Below are positions 38,290-49,171 of a stretch of DNA of 54,484 nucleotides, in pieces. The stretch is from Bacteroidales bacterium. Lineage in GTDB: Bacteria; Bacteroidota; Bacteroidia; Bacteroidales; VadinHA17. The stretch is from NCBI GenBank assembly GCA_015712185.1, contig JADDYF010000058.1, forward strand, positions 1 through 54,484, in the 5' to 3' direction. The notes below the pieces were generated by a model, which was not told where the DNA came from, did not search any database, and saw only the letters and a list, made by a program, of their open reading frames with translations. The first letter of the stretch is position 1; every line of letters starts with the position of its first letter. The position numbers were made by a program, and so were the translations under genes.

Positions 38290-38491
38290 GACGAAGTTCC
38301 GAGAATCGGAAGCGAGATAGCTCGAATGAACACTGACTATTCAAAAAGCACTTTTGTGGGGAGATCACCTGTCACTACGGGTTCTGATACAAGCTCCAGC
38401 ATGTTGTCTTTTAGCTTAACGGCGAAGATCATGTTGCGGGAATAGTATCTGACTTTATCGATAAATAAAATTATTCAGCCAAAGATGAGAT

Positions 38492-40045
38492 TCACTTTAC
38501 TCTGAACCAGTCAAAATCAACATATCCGCCCGGTGTTTTGGTAGTGTAGTTGAACAATCCGAAGCGGTAACCCATAAAGTGCGGCATTGAATACTCCATC
38601 TTAAGCTGAGAGCCTAGCGGTGACCATGTCTTACCATCAAGACTGTAAAAGAAGTTTGCTACATCCGCAAGATCCCTGAAGTTGCATTCTGCTCTTAAAT
38701 AAACTGTCTTTTGTGTAAGGGGGATACCCTGAACCTCAACAGGTCGACCTGTCTGAGCACTGATCATCACAATCGATTTACTTCCGTTTTTGTAACTGAC
38801 GCCGACGAGGCCGAATTTTCTCTGAAGCAGGGCCAGTCCTGCAAGATCACCCTCCTTCATGCCGGAAACATCTATTAAAGTCGATCCGGAGCATTCAGGA
38901 CCGAAAGTCCTCTGGGTAAGGGTATTTCTTGCAGCAACAAAAAGTGTGTCTGTTCGTCCGGTGGTCAGACGGAGAAAACCCTTCCGCCGGGTGACAGACC
39001 AGAGGCTGTTGTCGGGATTGTGGTTCCATTGCCATACCAGCGGCAGTGCAGGTTCCCCCTTCCGGCGTTTGAATTCATCAGAAGCTACAATGCACGGGAT
39101 CAAGCCTTTGCTGGCCGGAAGTTCCAGCTGATCGGGAACCTTACCGTCAACACCCAGTACCGGCCAGCCATCCTCCCATTTTACCGGAACCAGGTAAGGG
39201 ATACGGCCTACCGATCCATAATCGCGGAAAAGGTATGCAAACCATCTGCCATCGGTGGTTTCAATTAAACCGCCCTGAGCTACTCCTTTATCCTGGAATG
39301 CCAGCTTTCCTTCCCACGGACCTGTTATCCTATCAGCCCTGTGGATAACCACGGTGCGCATGCCTCCCCTTGGCCAGGTTATGTTAAAAAGATAAAGCCT
39401 GCCATTGACCTTGAACAACTGTGAACCTTCTCCCAGTCCGCTATCAGGCCCTGAAGGTGCACTTGAATTTTCAATGATAACCTGATTTATTCCGTCGCTT
39501 TTTACACCTGATAAATCAGCATTAAGTTCAACAAGGGTTAGCTTTTTATTGCCGTAGATCAGATAAACCCTGCCATCATCATCGAAAAATAATGTATGGT
39601 CATGGAAGCTTGGACTGAATGATATCTCTTTCCAGGGTCCTTTTTCTATATCCTTTGCTGACCAGATATATGTCTTACCTGTTGTTGATGAAAAGGTCGA
39701 TACATAGAAGGTGTTGTTATGATAACGGATGCAGCTGGCCCATGAACCTCTCCCATAGGCATCTTTTCCGTTATTAAGAGTTAATGCATCAACATCACCC
39801 AGGGTGCTGTAAGCATAGTTAATCAGCTTCCAGTTAACCAGGTCATTTGATTTCATGATTGGCACACCCGGACTCATGTGCATGGTAGTACTGCTCATAT
39901 AGTATGAGTCGCCCACCCGGATCATGGACATGTCAGGGAAATCTGCCCAGATAATCGGATTCTGTGCAGATTGAACCTGCAAAGAAACACTGGTGGTGAA
40001 AAATGCGGCTGCAATAATCAGGATGATCAAATATATCTTTTTCAT
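38492..40045 (-). CDS. Glycoside hydrolase family 43 (beta-xylosidase/arabinofuranosidase type) with a C-terminal concanavalin-like domain
   Basis: Signal peptide, then NPIIWADFPDMSMIRVGDSYYM (catalytic Asp context), GSWASCIRY and GEGSQLFKVNGRLYLF (Glu context). The C-terminus ends ...YVDFDWFRV, as in GH43 C-terminal domains. Confidence 0.85.
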   Translation of the reverse strand: MKKIYLIILIIAAAFFTTSVSLQVQSAQNPIIWADFPDMSMIRVGDSYYMSSTTMHMSPGVPIMKSNDLVNWKLINYAYSTLGDVDALTLNNGKDAYGRGSWASCIRYHNNTFYVSTFSSTTGKTYIWSAKDIEKGPWKEISFSPSFHDHTLFFDDDGRVYLIYGNKKLTLVELNADLSGVKSDGINQVIIENSSAPSGPDSGLGEGSQLFKVNGRLYLFNITWPRGGMRTVVIHRADRITGPWEGKLAFQDKGVAQGGLIETTDGRWFAYLFRDYGSVGRIPYLVPVKWEDGWPVLGVDGKVPDQLELPASKGLIPCIVASDEFKRRKGEPALPLVWQWNHNPDNSLWSVTRRKGFLRLTTGRTDTLFVAARNTLTQRTFGPECSGSTLIDVSGMKEGDLAGLALLQRKFGLVGVSYKNGSKSIVMISAQTGRPVEVQGIPLTQKTVYLRAECNFRDLADVANFFYSLDGKTWSPLGSQLKMEYSMPHFMGYRFGLFNYTTKTPGGYVDFDWFRVK

Positions 40046-40058
40046 TTAGCTATAGTTT

Positions 40059-40068
40059 AATTAACACA
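40059..40068. repeat. 10-bp direct repeat, left copy, flanking the GH54/VKOR module
   Basis: AATTAACACA is identical to 44710-44719. It lies in the AT-rich spacer between the GH43 start and the VKOR stop. Confidence 0.5.
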
Positions 40069-40168
40069 GGAAAAACATTCTCAATCAGTTCTGTTAATTT
40101 TATAACAATACATCTTTCCAGGAGCTGCACTTATTTGAATAATATTTTTCCCTATGCCCCGGTCCGGA

Positions 40169-41344
40169 TTAAGGCCCAGGTACAGTAAGGCTCTTCTGAA
40201 GGATCAAAACAAGGTCATCCGCATTATCTGGTACGGGTATTACCCAGCGCGGGCCGAAAACCAGCTTTGGGATACCGCCCATGCCACCCTGGATTGTCTG
40301 GCCGTAGATCTGAGTGGAGGTTTCCAGATAGTGTCCGATCCAGGGATCGGTTATGGCGGCCTCGAACTGCGCCTGACCAACCAGTTCGACAGCTTCAGCC
40401 CTGGCGGCCTCTAGGCTTCGCGGGTGCCATCTGTCGCCGGATTCATATGTGAACATCCAGCTTTCGAAGGCAGGAAAAACTTTGCGATCTGCAATCCACA
40501 CCGCCAGGCTAATCTTTGCCAGTTCGCATGAGTTTCTGAACTGATCCACATCACGGGGGATGTAAGGATTGCATTGTGTATTCAGTGGCGCCGGGCACAG
40601 TGCAAATGCCAGCTTGCCATCGTAGCGGCTAATCACCTCATCGAGCATGAAATGTATTCTCTGACAATGGGAACACTGATAATCAAAGAGGAAAGTAACA
40701 ACATAAGGGGCGTCCGGAAACCCGACCATCGGCGCAGAGTGGTAATCGATAACGGGCAGGTTTTCCTCTGATTCGCCGATGCCAGAGACGGAGGAGGGAG
40801 TAAAACCGGCCTGACTGGCAGCCAGGAAGCCGGCCAGGACCAGACCGGTCAGAACCCGCCCCATCACGGACAAAGGCCGGATATCAAGCCTTGCAGAATC
40901 CGTTATCGCACGCCAGATGACCAGAGCAGCCAACAGCAGACCGGTGATATGCATTGTCATGCAATAGGAGCAAAAGTCCCCGATGATCCATTTCTGTAAG
41001 ATGGTGAACCAGATGGCACTTCCGGCAACCGAACCGGCCAGTATCAGCATCACACTCCATGCCAGGCGCCGAACCGGTGTCTCCGTAGCCGGACCAACAA
41101 AAAGAGTGGCGACCAGCATAGCCATATAAACCCCGACAGCTAAACCACTAACTGGTAAGATCCCCGCTATTGTTGACCACCGGCTATTTAGAACCTGGTC
41201 GCACGGGCTCCCGCCGCCGCATCCGATTATCGGTCCGCCTACCAGAAAATGCCAGCTCACGATGGCGCTCAGAACCAGAGCCAACATGCTCAATCCCGCC
41301 AGGATCCAGCGCCACCATGGCCAGTACTTTCCTTTTGTCCTCAC
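40169..41344 (-). CDS. VKOR (vitamin K epoxide reductase family) membrane domain fused to a thioredoxin/DsbA-like domain
   Basis: The loop has a Cys pair, CGGGSPC, followed by SRWS. The in-membrane CXXC is CSYC, and there are about 5 TM segments. The soluble domain has F.FDYQCSHC (a second CXXC). The GTG start overlaps the upstream stop (GTGA). Confidence 0.8.
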   Translation of the reverse strand: MRTKGKYWPWWRWILAGLSMLALVLSAIVSWHFLVGGPIIGCGGGSPCDQVLNSRWSTIAGILPVSGLAVGVYMAMLVATLFVGPATETPVRRLAWSVMLILAGSVAGSAIWFTILQKWIIGDFCSYCMTMHITGLLLAALVIWRAITDSARLDIRPLSVMGRVLTGLVLAGFLAASQAGFTPSSVSGIGESEENLPVIDYHSAPMVGFPDAPYVVTFLFDYQCSHCQRIHFMLDEVISRYDGKLAFALCPAPLNTQCNPYIPRDVDQFRNSCELAKISLAVWIADRKVFPAFESWMFTYESGDRWHPRSLEAARAEAVELVGQAQFEAAITDPWIGHYLETSTQIYGQTIQGGMGGIPKLVFGPRWVIPVPDNADDLVLILQKSLTVPGP

Positions 41345-44300
41345 TCAGGTTTCCTGATATACTGATTCGGCTCACCTGGTGTGGGAAGACCACTGGCTAC
41401 CTGAGTTCCATTCTCATGAGCCATGGTTAATGGACCGGCAAGGGTTATCCCGCTTCCGGATACTTGTGATCCTGCAGCATGTCCATACTTAAGAGGCGCG
41501 GTAACTTTGATCGTGTCTGCAGGTATATTCCCGGGTGCTCCTCCGAAACGACGACGTCCGGGGGCTATTGTAGCTATTAAAACAGTCTCAAAGTTTTTAC
41601 CACTGCCGATAGTGATGGTCTGTCCGGGGTTAAAACCTTCCACACTTGCAACCAGGATGACTTTCTTTCCTGCACTTGTGGAAGTACCCATTGTTGTTCC
41701 TCCTGGTGTTCCGACACCAGCGATAACTGCTGTTTCGCTGTTCGTTCCTTTACCGATTATTATCTTCTGCCCGGTGCTTAAGTCTGCCACACTTGTGACT
41801 TTTATATTATTTGAACCGGCTGTTGCCGGTGCCAGCAGTGTGATACTGTTTTGCAACAAGAAATCGCGGCAGTTGAAGTCACTGTCTGCTCCATCCGGAT
41901 AGCGGCCGGCACTTTTGTCAGGCTGGCTGGTGGGTGCGGAAGGCCCCATTCTGAATCCTCTGCTCATGGAGGGTGAAGGTACATAGCATCCGCTTGCTCC
42001 GGCACCGGAGGCGGCCTGGTAACCTTCAGCGGCCCAGGGATCTACGAGGCCACCGTAATTGAGACCATCAACAACATTACGATCTTCGTCACATAGCACC
42101 ATATTTCCTGCACTGGCGGAAAGAACAGGACCTCCAAACCACTGGTCGGGCGCCTTTGTTCCCTGGTAGCCTGCGGTTTCTACCTTTTCGTCTCGCACAA
42201 CATCGTCGATATCGTGATCGCTGGTAAGCGGCTGATCAAGGGTGATACTGTATCTGAGTGCCAGTACGGGTTCATTGCTCGAGTGAACAAAAGATGACGC
42301 CGGTTCAAAGCTTATACCGGTTCCCCAGACACTGAAAGGAAGGTTTGATGCATGATTGAATTTCAGAGGTTCAGCAAGGTCGAGTCCTGTACCCGGATCA
42401 TCCTTATCTGTCAGGGGACCATTGAAGGTACTGCGTGATGATTGTGTGCCGACACGTGTCACCGTGACAGTCTCTATCCCATAACCCTCGCTGTCGATAT
42501 CGAGCCTGATCTTATCACCGACCGAAATATTTTCGACAGATGATACCTTGATATTTGTATCTCCCTTTTTAGCATCCATTGAGAGCCATGCCTGTGTACC
42601 CTGCTTCCCTACCCCGGTAATAGTGACAACTTCATATTTTTCAATGGCCTGCGCAACGGCAGGATAGCTGGCGCCATAACCTATGGCCATTTTCTGGCCT
42701 GCCTCGAATCCGGCCACACTTGTGACTGGAATATTTGTCGAGCCGGGTGGGATGTCGATAACCGGACCATCCGGGAGCGGCTGCCACACTGTAGTCGAAC
42801 CAAGAGGTCCTCTGCGGCCAAAACCGAAAGGTGATGAAGGCGCTTCAGGAGCTGATGGTGCTGTTATGCTTGCTATCTTACGGCTTTCCTTAGCAGAGCC
42901 GCTGCCGATTTCAATAATGTCGCCGACAGACATTCCTGTGATACTCCTTACATAAATTTCAGACTCTCCCTTTTTAGCGGGAACTGCAAGCCCTGAATTA
43001 GAGATACCCAACAGGTAAAAACCATGTGCGGCGAGTTTTGTCCCGGCCGGAATTTTAACGGATGAGAAGACCGGCATCTGGCTCTGGTGATGAGTCAATG
43101 TCCAGTTTGAGATATCTGCCTCGCTGTCGCCGGAATTGTATAATTCGATAAATGAGTTAGTAGAGTTCTCAGACGATCCGTCGCTTATACGGAATTCATT
43201 TATCCTGATCGGATTGACATTACGTACTTTTTCAACAGCTGTTTCAGATTGAATTTTGCTGTTTTTCTCTATCGTCCATGAAGCCTGACCGATCAGATCG
43301 CCGTTAAAGGTCTCTGATCCGGAGGTGACCTGGAACGTTGCACTCACTCTCTCTCCCGGGGCAATTGTATTGGTGAATGTCTTTGACGATTCTTCAGAAT
43401 CTGTTACTACTGATTTCCAATCCTTCGGCACAGAAATGCTCAATTTGAGGTTACTCACAGGGGCCCCGGTAATATTTGTGAAAGATACGGTAGTTTTCTG
43501 TGATGACTCGGGTGAGAATGTCTGCAATCCCGGAGGAGTATCTGTTGCATCCGCAGGGGCAATAGCCAGGCGCTGAACATCATACTTAGCAGCCACAATG
43601 TTAGCCTGGATCTTCTGATTTGTTTCCTGTGAAGGGAAGGTGCCCGGGGCGGTCATTGCACCTTCATAGAAGGTACCCTGCGAACCGACACTGTTGTCGC
43701 CACCGTTGCCTAAAAGGATTGCTCCCTGCTTGCGCATCGGGTCATAGCTGCTTCTGTCATTTATGACTCGTGGTCCGTCGAACATAACCTTAAGGTCGCC
43801 CTTCTGCGCGTCGCCGCCCATTGATCTCCAGTGGTGGGGTTCGCCGTCGGCTGTGGCGGTTACGAATCGCCATGTGATGCTGGGAAGGTCGGGACAATAT
43901 TTGTCATTGGGGGAGGGATTAACACAACCCACCAGATTATTCTCCTGATCGGTCATTATCCATGGACCGGGAGCCTGTCCATGATACCATGCAGTGGCAT
44001 TGCCGTAGTATGTGGTTTCCATGGTGCCGTCGCCGTCATCGCGGCTGTCTATCTCAGCGTTGCCATAATCATAGCAGCATCCGGAGTTGTAGTGATGGCC
44101 GTTAACGACCCAGTACTGACCCTCAGCCTGATCGTCGACAGCTGTACCAACAGGGTCGTCATCACGAAGTCCCATACCGGGCTCGATGAAAATGCCATAG
44201 ACTTTATGTCCCATAATTGTAACCGGGGCCATGTCAGCAATCGGCAGGTTGTTGAACCCTCCCATTGACGGACCGCTGAATCCGCCGCGGGGCGCCTGTG

Positions 44301-44685
44301 TCAGATGGTTGCCTTTACCCGACTGGTCGTAGAGAATGGTGATCCAGCAATAGGTGTTTGAGCAGAATTTATCCTGTGCCGCAGCATCGGCATATCCTCC
44401 CGGGTCGCCTTTGCTTGACCTCACCACACCAATGTCAAGGGTTTTTCCGTCCGACTGACGCATAACCTGGTACAGCGGACCGTTGTAGGATGCATACAAC
44501 GCACGCGTGCTGCTATGGGCGGCCACACATGGGGCGCCAGCAGCGGCATAGATATCACACGGACCTTCCGGCCTGGCAGAAGAAACATTGCACCCTGTAC
44601 CTGCTATCATAATCACCATCATCATAGTGACCGGCAGTACGAGCGCCATTGCAAGAATTACAATTAAACGACTTTTCCTTTTCAT
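41341..44685 (-). CDS. GH54-like alpha-L-arabinofuranosidase catalytic domain fused to NEW3/NPCBM-associated-like, lamin-tail-like and repeat domains; probable lipoprotein
   Basis: aa ~40-370 carry the GH54 hallmarks GPCDIY...APCVAAHSSTRALY, YDQSGKGNHLTQAPRGG, GCCYDYGNAE, GPWIMTDQENNL, GAILLGNGGDNSVGSQGTFYEGAMT and NIVAAKY. aa ~395-490 are NEW3-like. aa ~490-570 and ~860-945 are lamin-tail-like (INEF...FIELYN; SAGRYPDGADSD). Five copies of a G[DQ]xIxIGxG repeat are also present. Confidence 0.8.
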   Translation of the reverse strand: MKRKSRLIVILAMALVLPVTMMMVIMIAGTGCNVSSARPEGPCDIYAAAGAPCVAAHSSTRALYASYNGPLYQVMRQSDGKTLDIGVVRSSKGDPGGYADAAAQDKFCSNTYCWITILYDQSGKGNHLTQAPRGGFSGPSMGGFNNLPIADMAPVTIMGHKVYGIFIEPGMGLRDDDPVGTAVDDQAEGQYWVVNGHHYNSGCCYDYGNAEIDSRDDGDGTMETTYYGNATAWYHGQAPGPWIMTDQENNLVGCVNPSPNDKYCPDLPSITWRFVTATADGEPHHWRSMGGDAQKGDLKVMFDGPRVINDRSSYDPMRKQGAILLGNGGDNSVGSQGTFYEGAMTAPGTFPSQETNQKIQANIVAAKYDVQRLAIAPADATDTPPGLQTFSPESSQKTTVSFTNITGAPVSNLKLSISVPKDWKSVVTDSEESSKTFTNTIAPGERVSATFQVTSGSETFNGDLIGQASWTIEKNSKIQSETAVEKVRNVNPIRINEFRISDGSSENSTNSFIELYNSGDSEADISNWTLTHHQSQMPVFSSVKIPAGTKLAAHGFYLLGISNSGLAVPAKKGESEIYVRSITGMSVGDIIEIGSGSAKESRKIASITAPSAPEAPSSPFGFGRRGPLGSTTVWQPLPDGPVIDIPPGSTNIPVTSVAGFEAGQKMAIGYGASYPAVAQAIEKYEVVTITGVGKQGTQAWLSMDAKKGDTNIKVSSVENISVGDKIRLDIDSEGYGIETVTVTRVGTQSSRSTFNGPLTDKDDPGTGLDLAEPLKFNHASNLPFSVWGTGISFEPASSFVHSSNEPVLALRYSITLDQPLTSDHDIDDVVRDEKVETAGYQGTKAPDQWFGGPVLSASAGNMVLCDEDRNVVDGLNYGGLVDPWAAEGYQAASGAGASGCYVPSPSMSRGFRMGPSAPTSQPDKSAGRYPDGADSDFNCRDFLLQNSITLLAPATAGSNNIKVTSVADLSTGQKIIIGKGTNSETAVIAGVGTPGGTTMGTSTSAGKKVILVASVEGFNPGQTITIGSGKNFETVLIATIAPGRRRFGGAPGNIPADTIKVTAPLKYGHAAGSQVSGSGITLAGPLTMAHENGTQVASGLPTPGEPNQYIRKPE

Positions 44686-44709
44686 ATTTCTATTACAATT
44701 TGTTCACTA

Positions 44710-44719
44710 AATTAACACA
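44710..44719. repeat. 10-bp direct repeat, right copy, flanking the GH54/VKOR module
   Basis: AATTAACACA is identical to 40059-40068. It lies between the GH54-like start (44685) and the esterase stop (44725). Confidence 0.5.
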
Positions 44720-44724
44720 TGTTT

Positions 44725-46689
<1,965 letters not shown>

Positions 46690-46932
46690 TTACCGGGATG
46701 GGTTGCGCCGCCGGCAAAAATCATATCAACCGGTACAATATTTAGAATGGCCATGATCTTTTCAGCCAGTTCAGTTCTATGATTTCCTTAGATCATGTAA
46801 ATATTATAAATGGTTAAATTTAATTATTTTAGTTTTAAAAACAGACGCATAAGGAATATCAGGTATTAATCATTTATAATTCTTTAAAGGATTTCACAGC
46901 AGCATCACAGATAATTAATTTATAATGGTAAA

Positions 46933-48906
46933 ATGGCTAAAATTTTTAAAAGAGCATTCATTGCTTTGATCTGCTTCCTGCTCACTTTATCAGGTTCTGC
47001 AGAAGTAAAGCTTCCTCAGCTGATCAGCAATTCGATGGTCCTTCAGCGGGACACAAAGCTGAAAATATGGGGATGGGCTTCACCTGGTGAAAAGATCACA
47101 ATCAGATTTGCCGGAAGAACCTATCGTACCACGACAGATAAAGCAGGAAACTGGCTGATATTGATTCCGCCCATGAAAGCCGGCGGACCATATTCAATGG
47201 AAATTTCGGGAAACAACAGAATAACTGTCAGCGATATCCTCGTCGGAGACGTCTGGTTCTGTTCCGGCCAGTCAAATATGGTTCTTCAGATGGAGCGGGT
47301 CAAAGAAAAATACCCCGATGAGATCTCTTCCGCACATTATCCTTACATCCGGAATTTTTTTGTACCGACCGCATCTGATGTAAGAAAAGTTCATGACGAC
47401 CTCCCCAATTCCCGGTGGGTGGTAACAAGCTCTGCGACTGTTAAACCGATGGGGGCAGTTACATATTTTTTTGCGAAACAATTATTCAACAAATATCATG
47501 TGCCAATTGGCATTATTAATTCCAGTGTTGGCGGAACACCTGCAGAAGCCTGGGTCAGCGCCGAAGGATTCAGGGGATTTGAACCTTATGCAACACGGCT
47601 GGAGCAATTCAGGGATTCCTCTTTCTTCGATCGGAATGTTAAGGCGCAGAACCGACAGGTCCCTGCACCATCGGGGAAGATCCCACAGACTGATAAAGGG
47701 ATTGACGGACCGGTAAAATGGTACGACACCTCATTTGTACCCCGTGGCTGGCATAAGTTCTGGATGCCGGGATACTGGGATGATCAGGGAACAAGGGACC
47801 TTCATGGAATTATCTGGTTCAGGAAGGAGATCATCTTACCAGAGTCCGTATCCGGACAGCCGGCAAAACTGTTCCTCGGAAGGATTGTTGATGCGGACGA
47901 GACATATATAAATGGAGTGAAGGTGGGTAACATAACTTATCAGTATCCACCCCGCCGCTATGAAATACCTGCCGGCATCCTGAGACCGGGGAAAAATATC
48001 ATAGTTGTAAGAATTACCAATACATCCGGCAAAGGGGGATTTGTTCCTGACAAGAATTATTCACTGGTAACCGGTGAAGGAATTATTGATCTGAGGGGTG
48101 AATGGGAATATATGGTTGGTATGGCATTGCAGCCGGCCGACAGATTGGGTTCCGGAGGAGAACAAGGATCAGATCAGAACAGAATTAATCCGCAGAATGA
48201 ACCATCCGGACTATATAACACAATGGTAGCGCCGGTGACCAGCTATGCCATCAGAGGATTCCTGTGGTACCAGGGTGAAGCCAACACGCAGAGACCTGCC
48301 GGTTACAGCAGGATCATGACCGCTCTGATAACAGACTGGAGGAGCAAATGGAACCTGGGAATACTGCCATTCATTTATGCGCAGCTTCCGAATTTCATGG
48401 AAGTTGCCTATTATCCCACAGAGAGCAGATGGGCTGAGCTGCGCGAGCAACAGATGAAGACGCTGTCGGTCCCGAACACTGCCATGGCTGTCACTATTGA
48501 CCTGGGGGAATGGAATGATATTCATCCGCTGAATAAAAAGGATGTGGGTGAACGGATGGCTCTTGCGGCAGAAAAACTTGCATACGGTGAAAACACGGTC
48601 TGCTCCGGGCCTCTTTATCAGTCTTCCTCAGTAAATGGCAACAGGATAATCATATCATTCACAAATACAGGCAGCGGCCTGATTGCCAAAGATGGCGGCG
48701 AATTGTCACAATTCGCCATTGCAGGCGAAGACAGACACTTCGTCTGGGCAAATGCAAAGCTCGAAGGCGATAAAGTTATTATCTGGAACAATAATATCCC
48801 GAATCCTATGTATGTGCGTTATGGCTGGGCAGACAATCCCGAAGGAGCTAACCTTTACAATAAGGAAGGGCTGCCGGCATCACCATTCAGGACAGACAAA
48901 CCCTGA
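46933..48906 (+). CDS. SASA-family (sialate O-acetylesterase-like) carbohydrate acetylesterase
   Basis: Signal peptide, then GDVWFCSGQSNM (the GQSN catalytic block), a central galactose-binding-like insert (IIWFRKEI...FLGRIVDADETYINGVKVG) and WYQGEAN. Confidence 0.85.
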   Translation: MAKIFKRAFIALICFLLTLSGSAEVKLPQLISNSMVLQRDTKLKIWGWASPGEKITIRFAGRTYRTTTDKAGNWLILIPPMKAGGPYSMEISGNNRITVSDILVGDVWFCSGQSNMVLQMERVKEKYPDEISSAHYPYIRNFFVPTASDVRKVHDDLPNSRWVVTSSATVKPMGAVTYFFAKQLFNKYHVPIGIINSSVGGTPAEAWVSAEGFRGFEPYATRLEQFRDSSFFDRNVKAQNRQVPAPSGKIPQTDKGIDGPVKWYDTSFVPRGWHKFWMPGYWDDQGTRDLHGIIWFRKEIILPESVSGQPAKLFLGRIVDADETYINGVKVGNITYQYPPRRYEIPAGILRPGKNIIVVRITNTSGKGGFVPDKNYSLVTGEGIIDLRGEWEYMVGMALQPADRLGSGGEQGSDQNRINPQNEPSGLYNTMVAPVTSYAIRGFLWYQGEANTQRPAGYSRIMTALITDWRSKWNLGILPFIYAQLPNFMEVAYYPTESRWAELREQQMKTLSVPNTAMAVTIDLGEWNDIHPLNKKDVGERMALAAEKLAYGENTVCSGPLYQSSSVNGNRIIISFTNTGSGLIAKDGGELSQFAIAGEDRHFVWANAKLEGDKVIIWNNNIPNPMYVRYGWADNPEGANLYNKEGLPASPFRTDKP

Positions 48907-49171
48907 ATTGTCAAACTTAGCGATTCTGATTAGGGGTAACCAACGATCCGGCAGGCCTATGAATCGGGCAGCAGGATTTAATTGTTCGTGATTACTGTCT
49001 CTTTTTTCCTTTTAACGCATAATTAATACCTGATTATTACCTGATTTATTCAATTTACGGGACACTTAAAATCTATCTCAATAATGGTCAAACCCGAACA
49101 TCCATTTATTTTATGATCTTTGTTTATAAAATTGACTGATATCAACCGGATAAATTGAGGACTATAAGATA

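Noticed and set aside
37917-38333. 138-aa minus-strand ORF overlapping the 3' end of the oxidoreductase and part of the spacer.
   Set aside because: It overlaps a confident gene in antisense, the sequence is low-complexity, and no start-site context supports it.
46690-46790. Minus-strand open frame in the esterase/SASA divergent spacer reading ...[40 protein letters not shown]-stop. It contains a locally GC-rich patch and could be a gene remnant.
   Set aside because: It has only ~34 codons from an ATG, I can name no recognisable family, and it sits where two promoters are expected. Similarity search is needed before calling a pseudogene.
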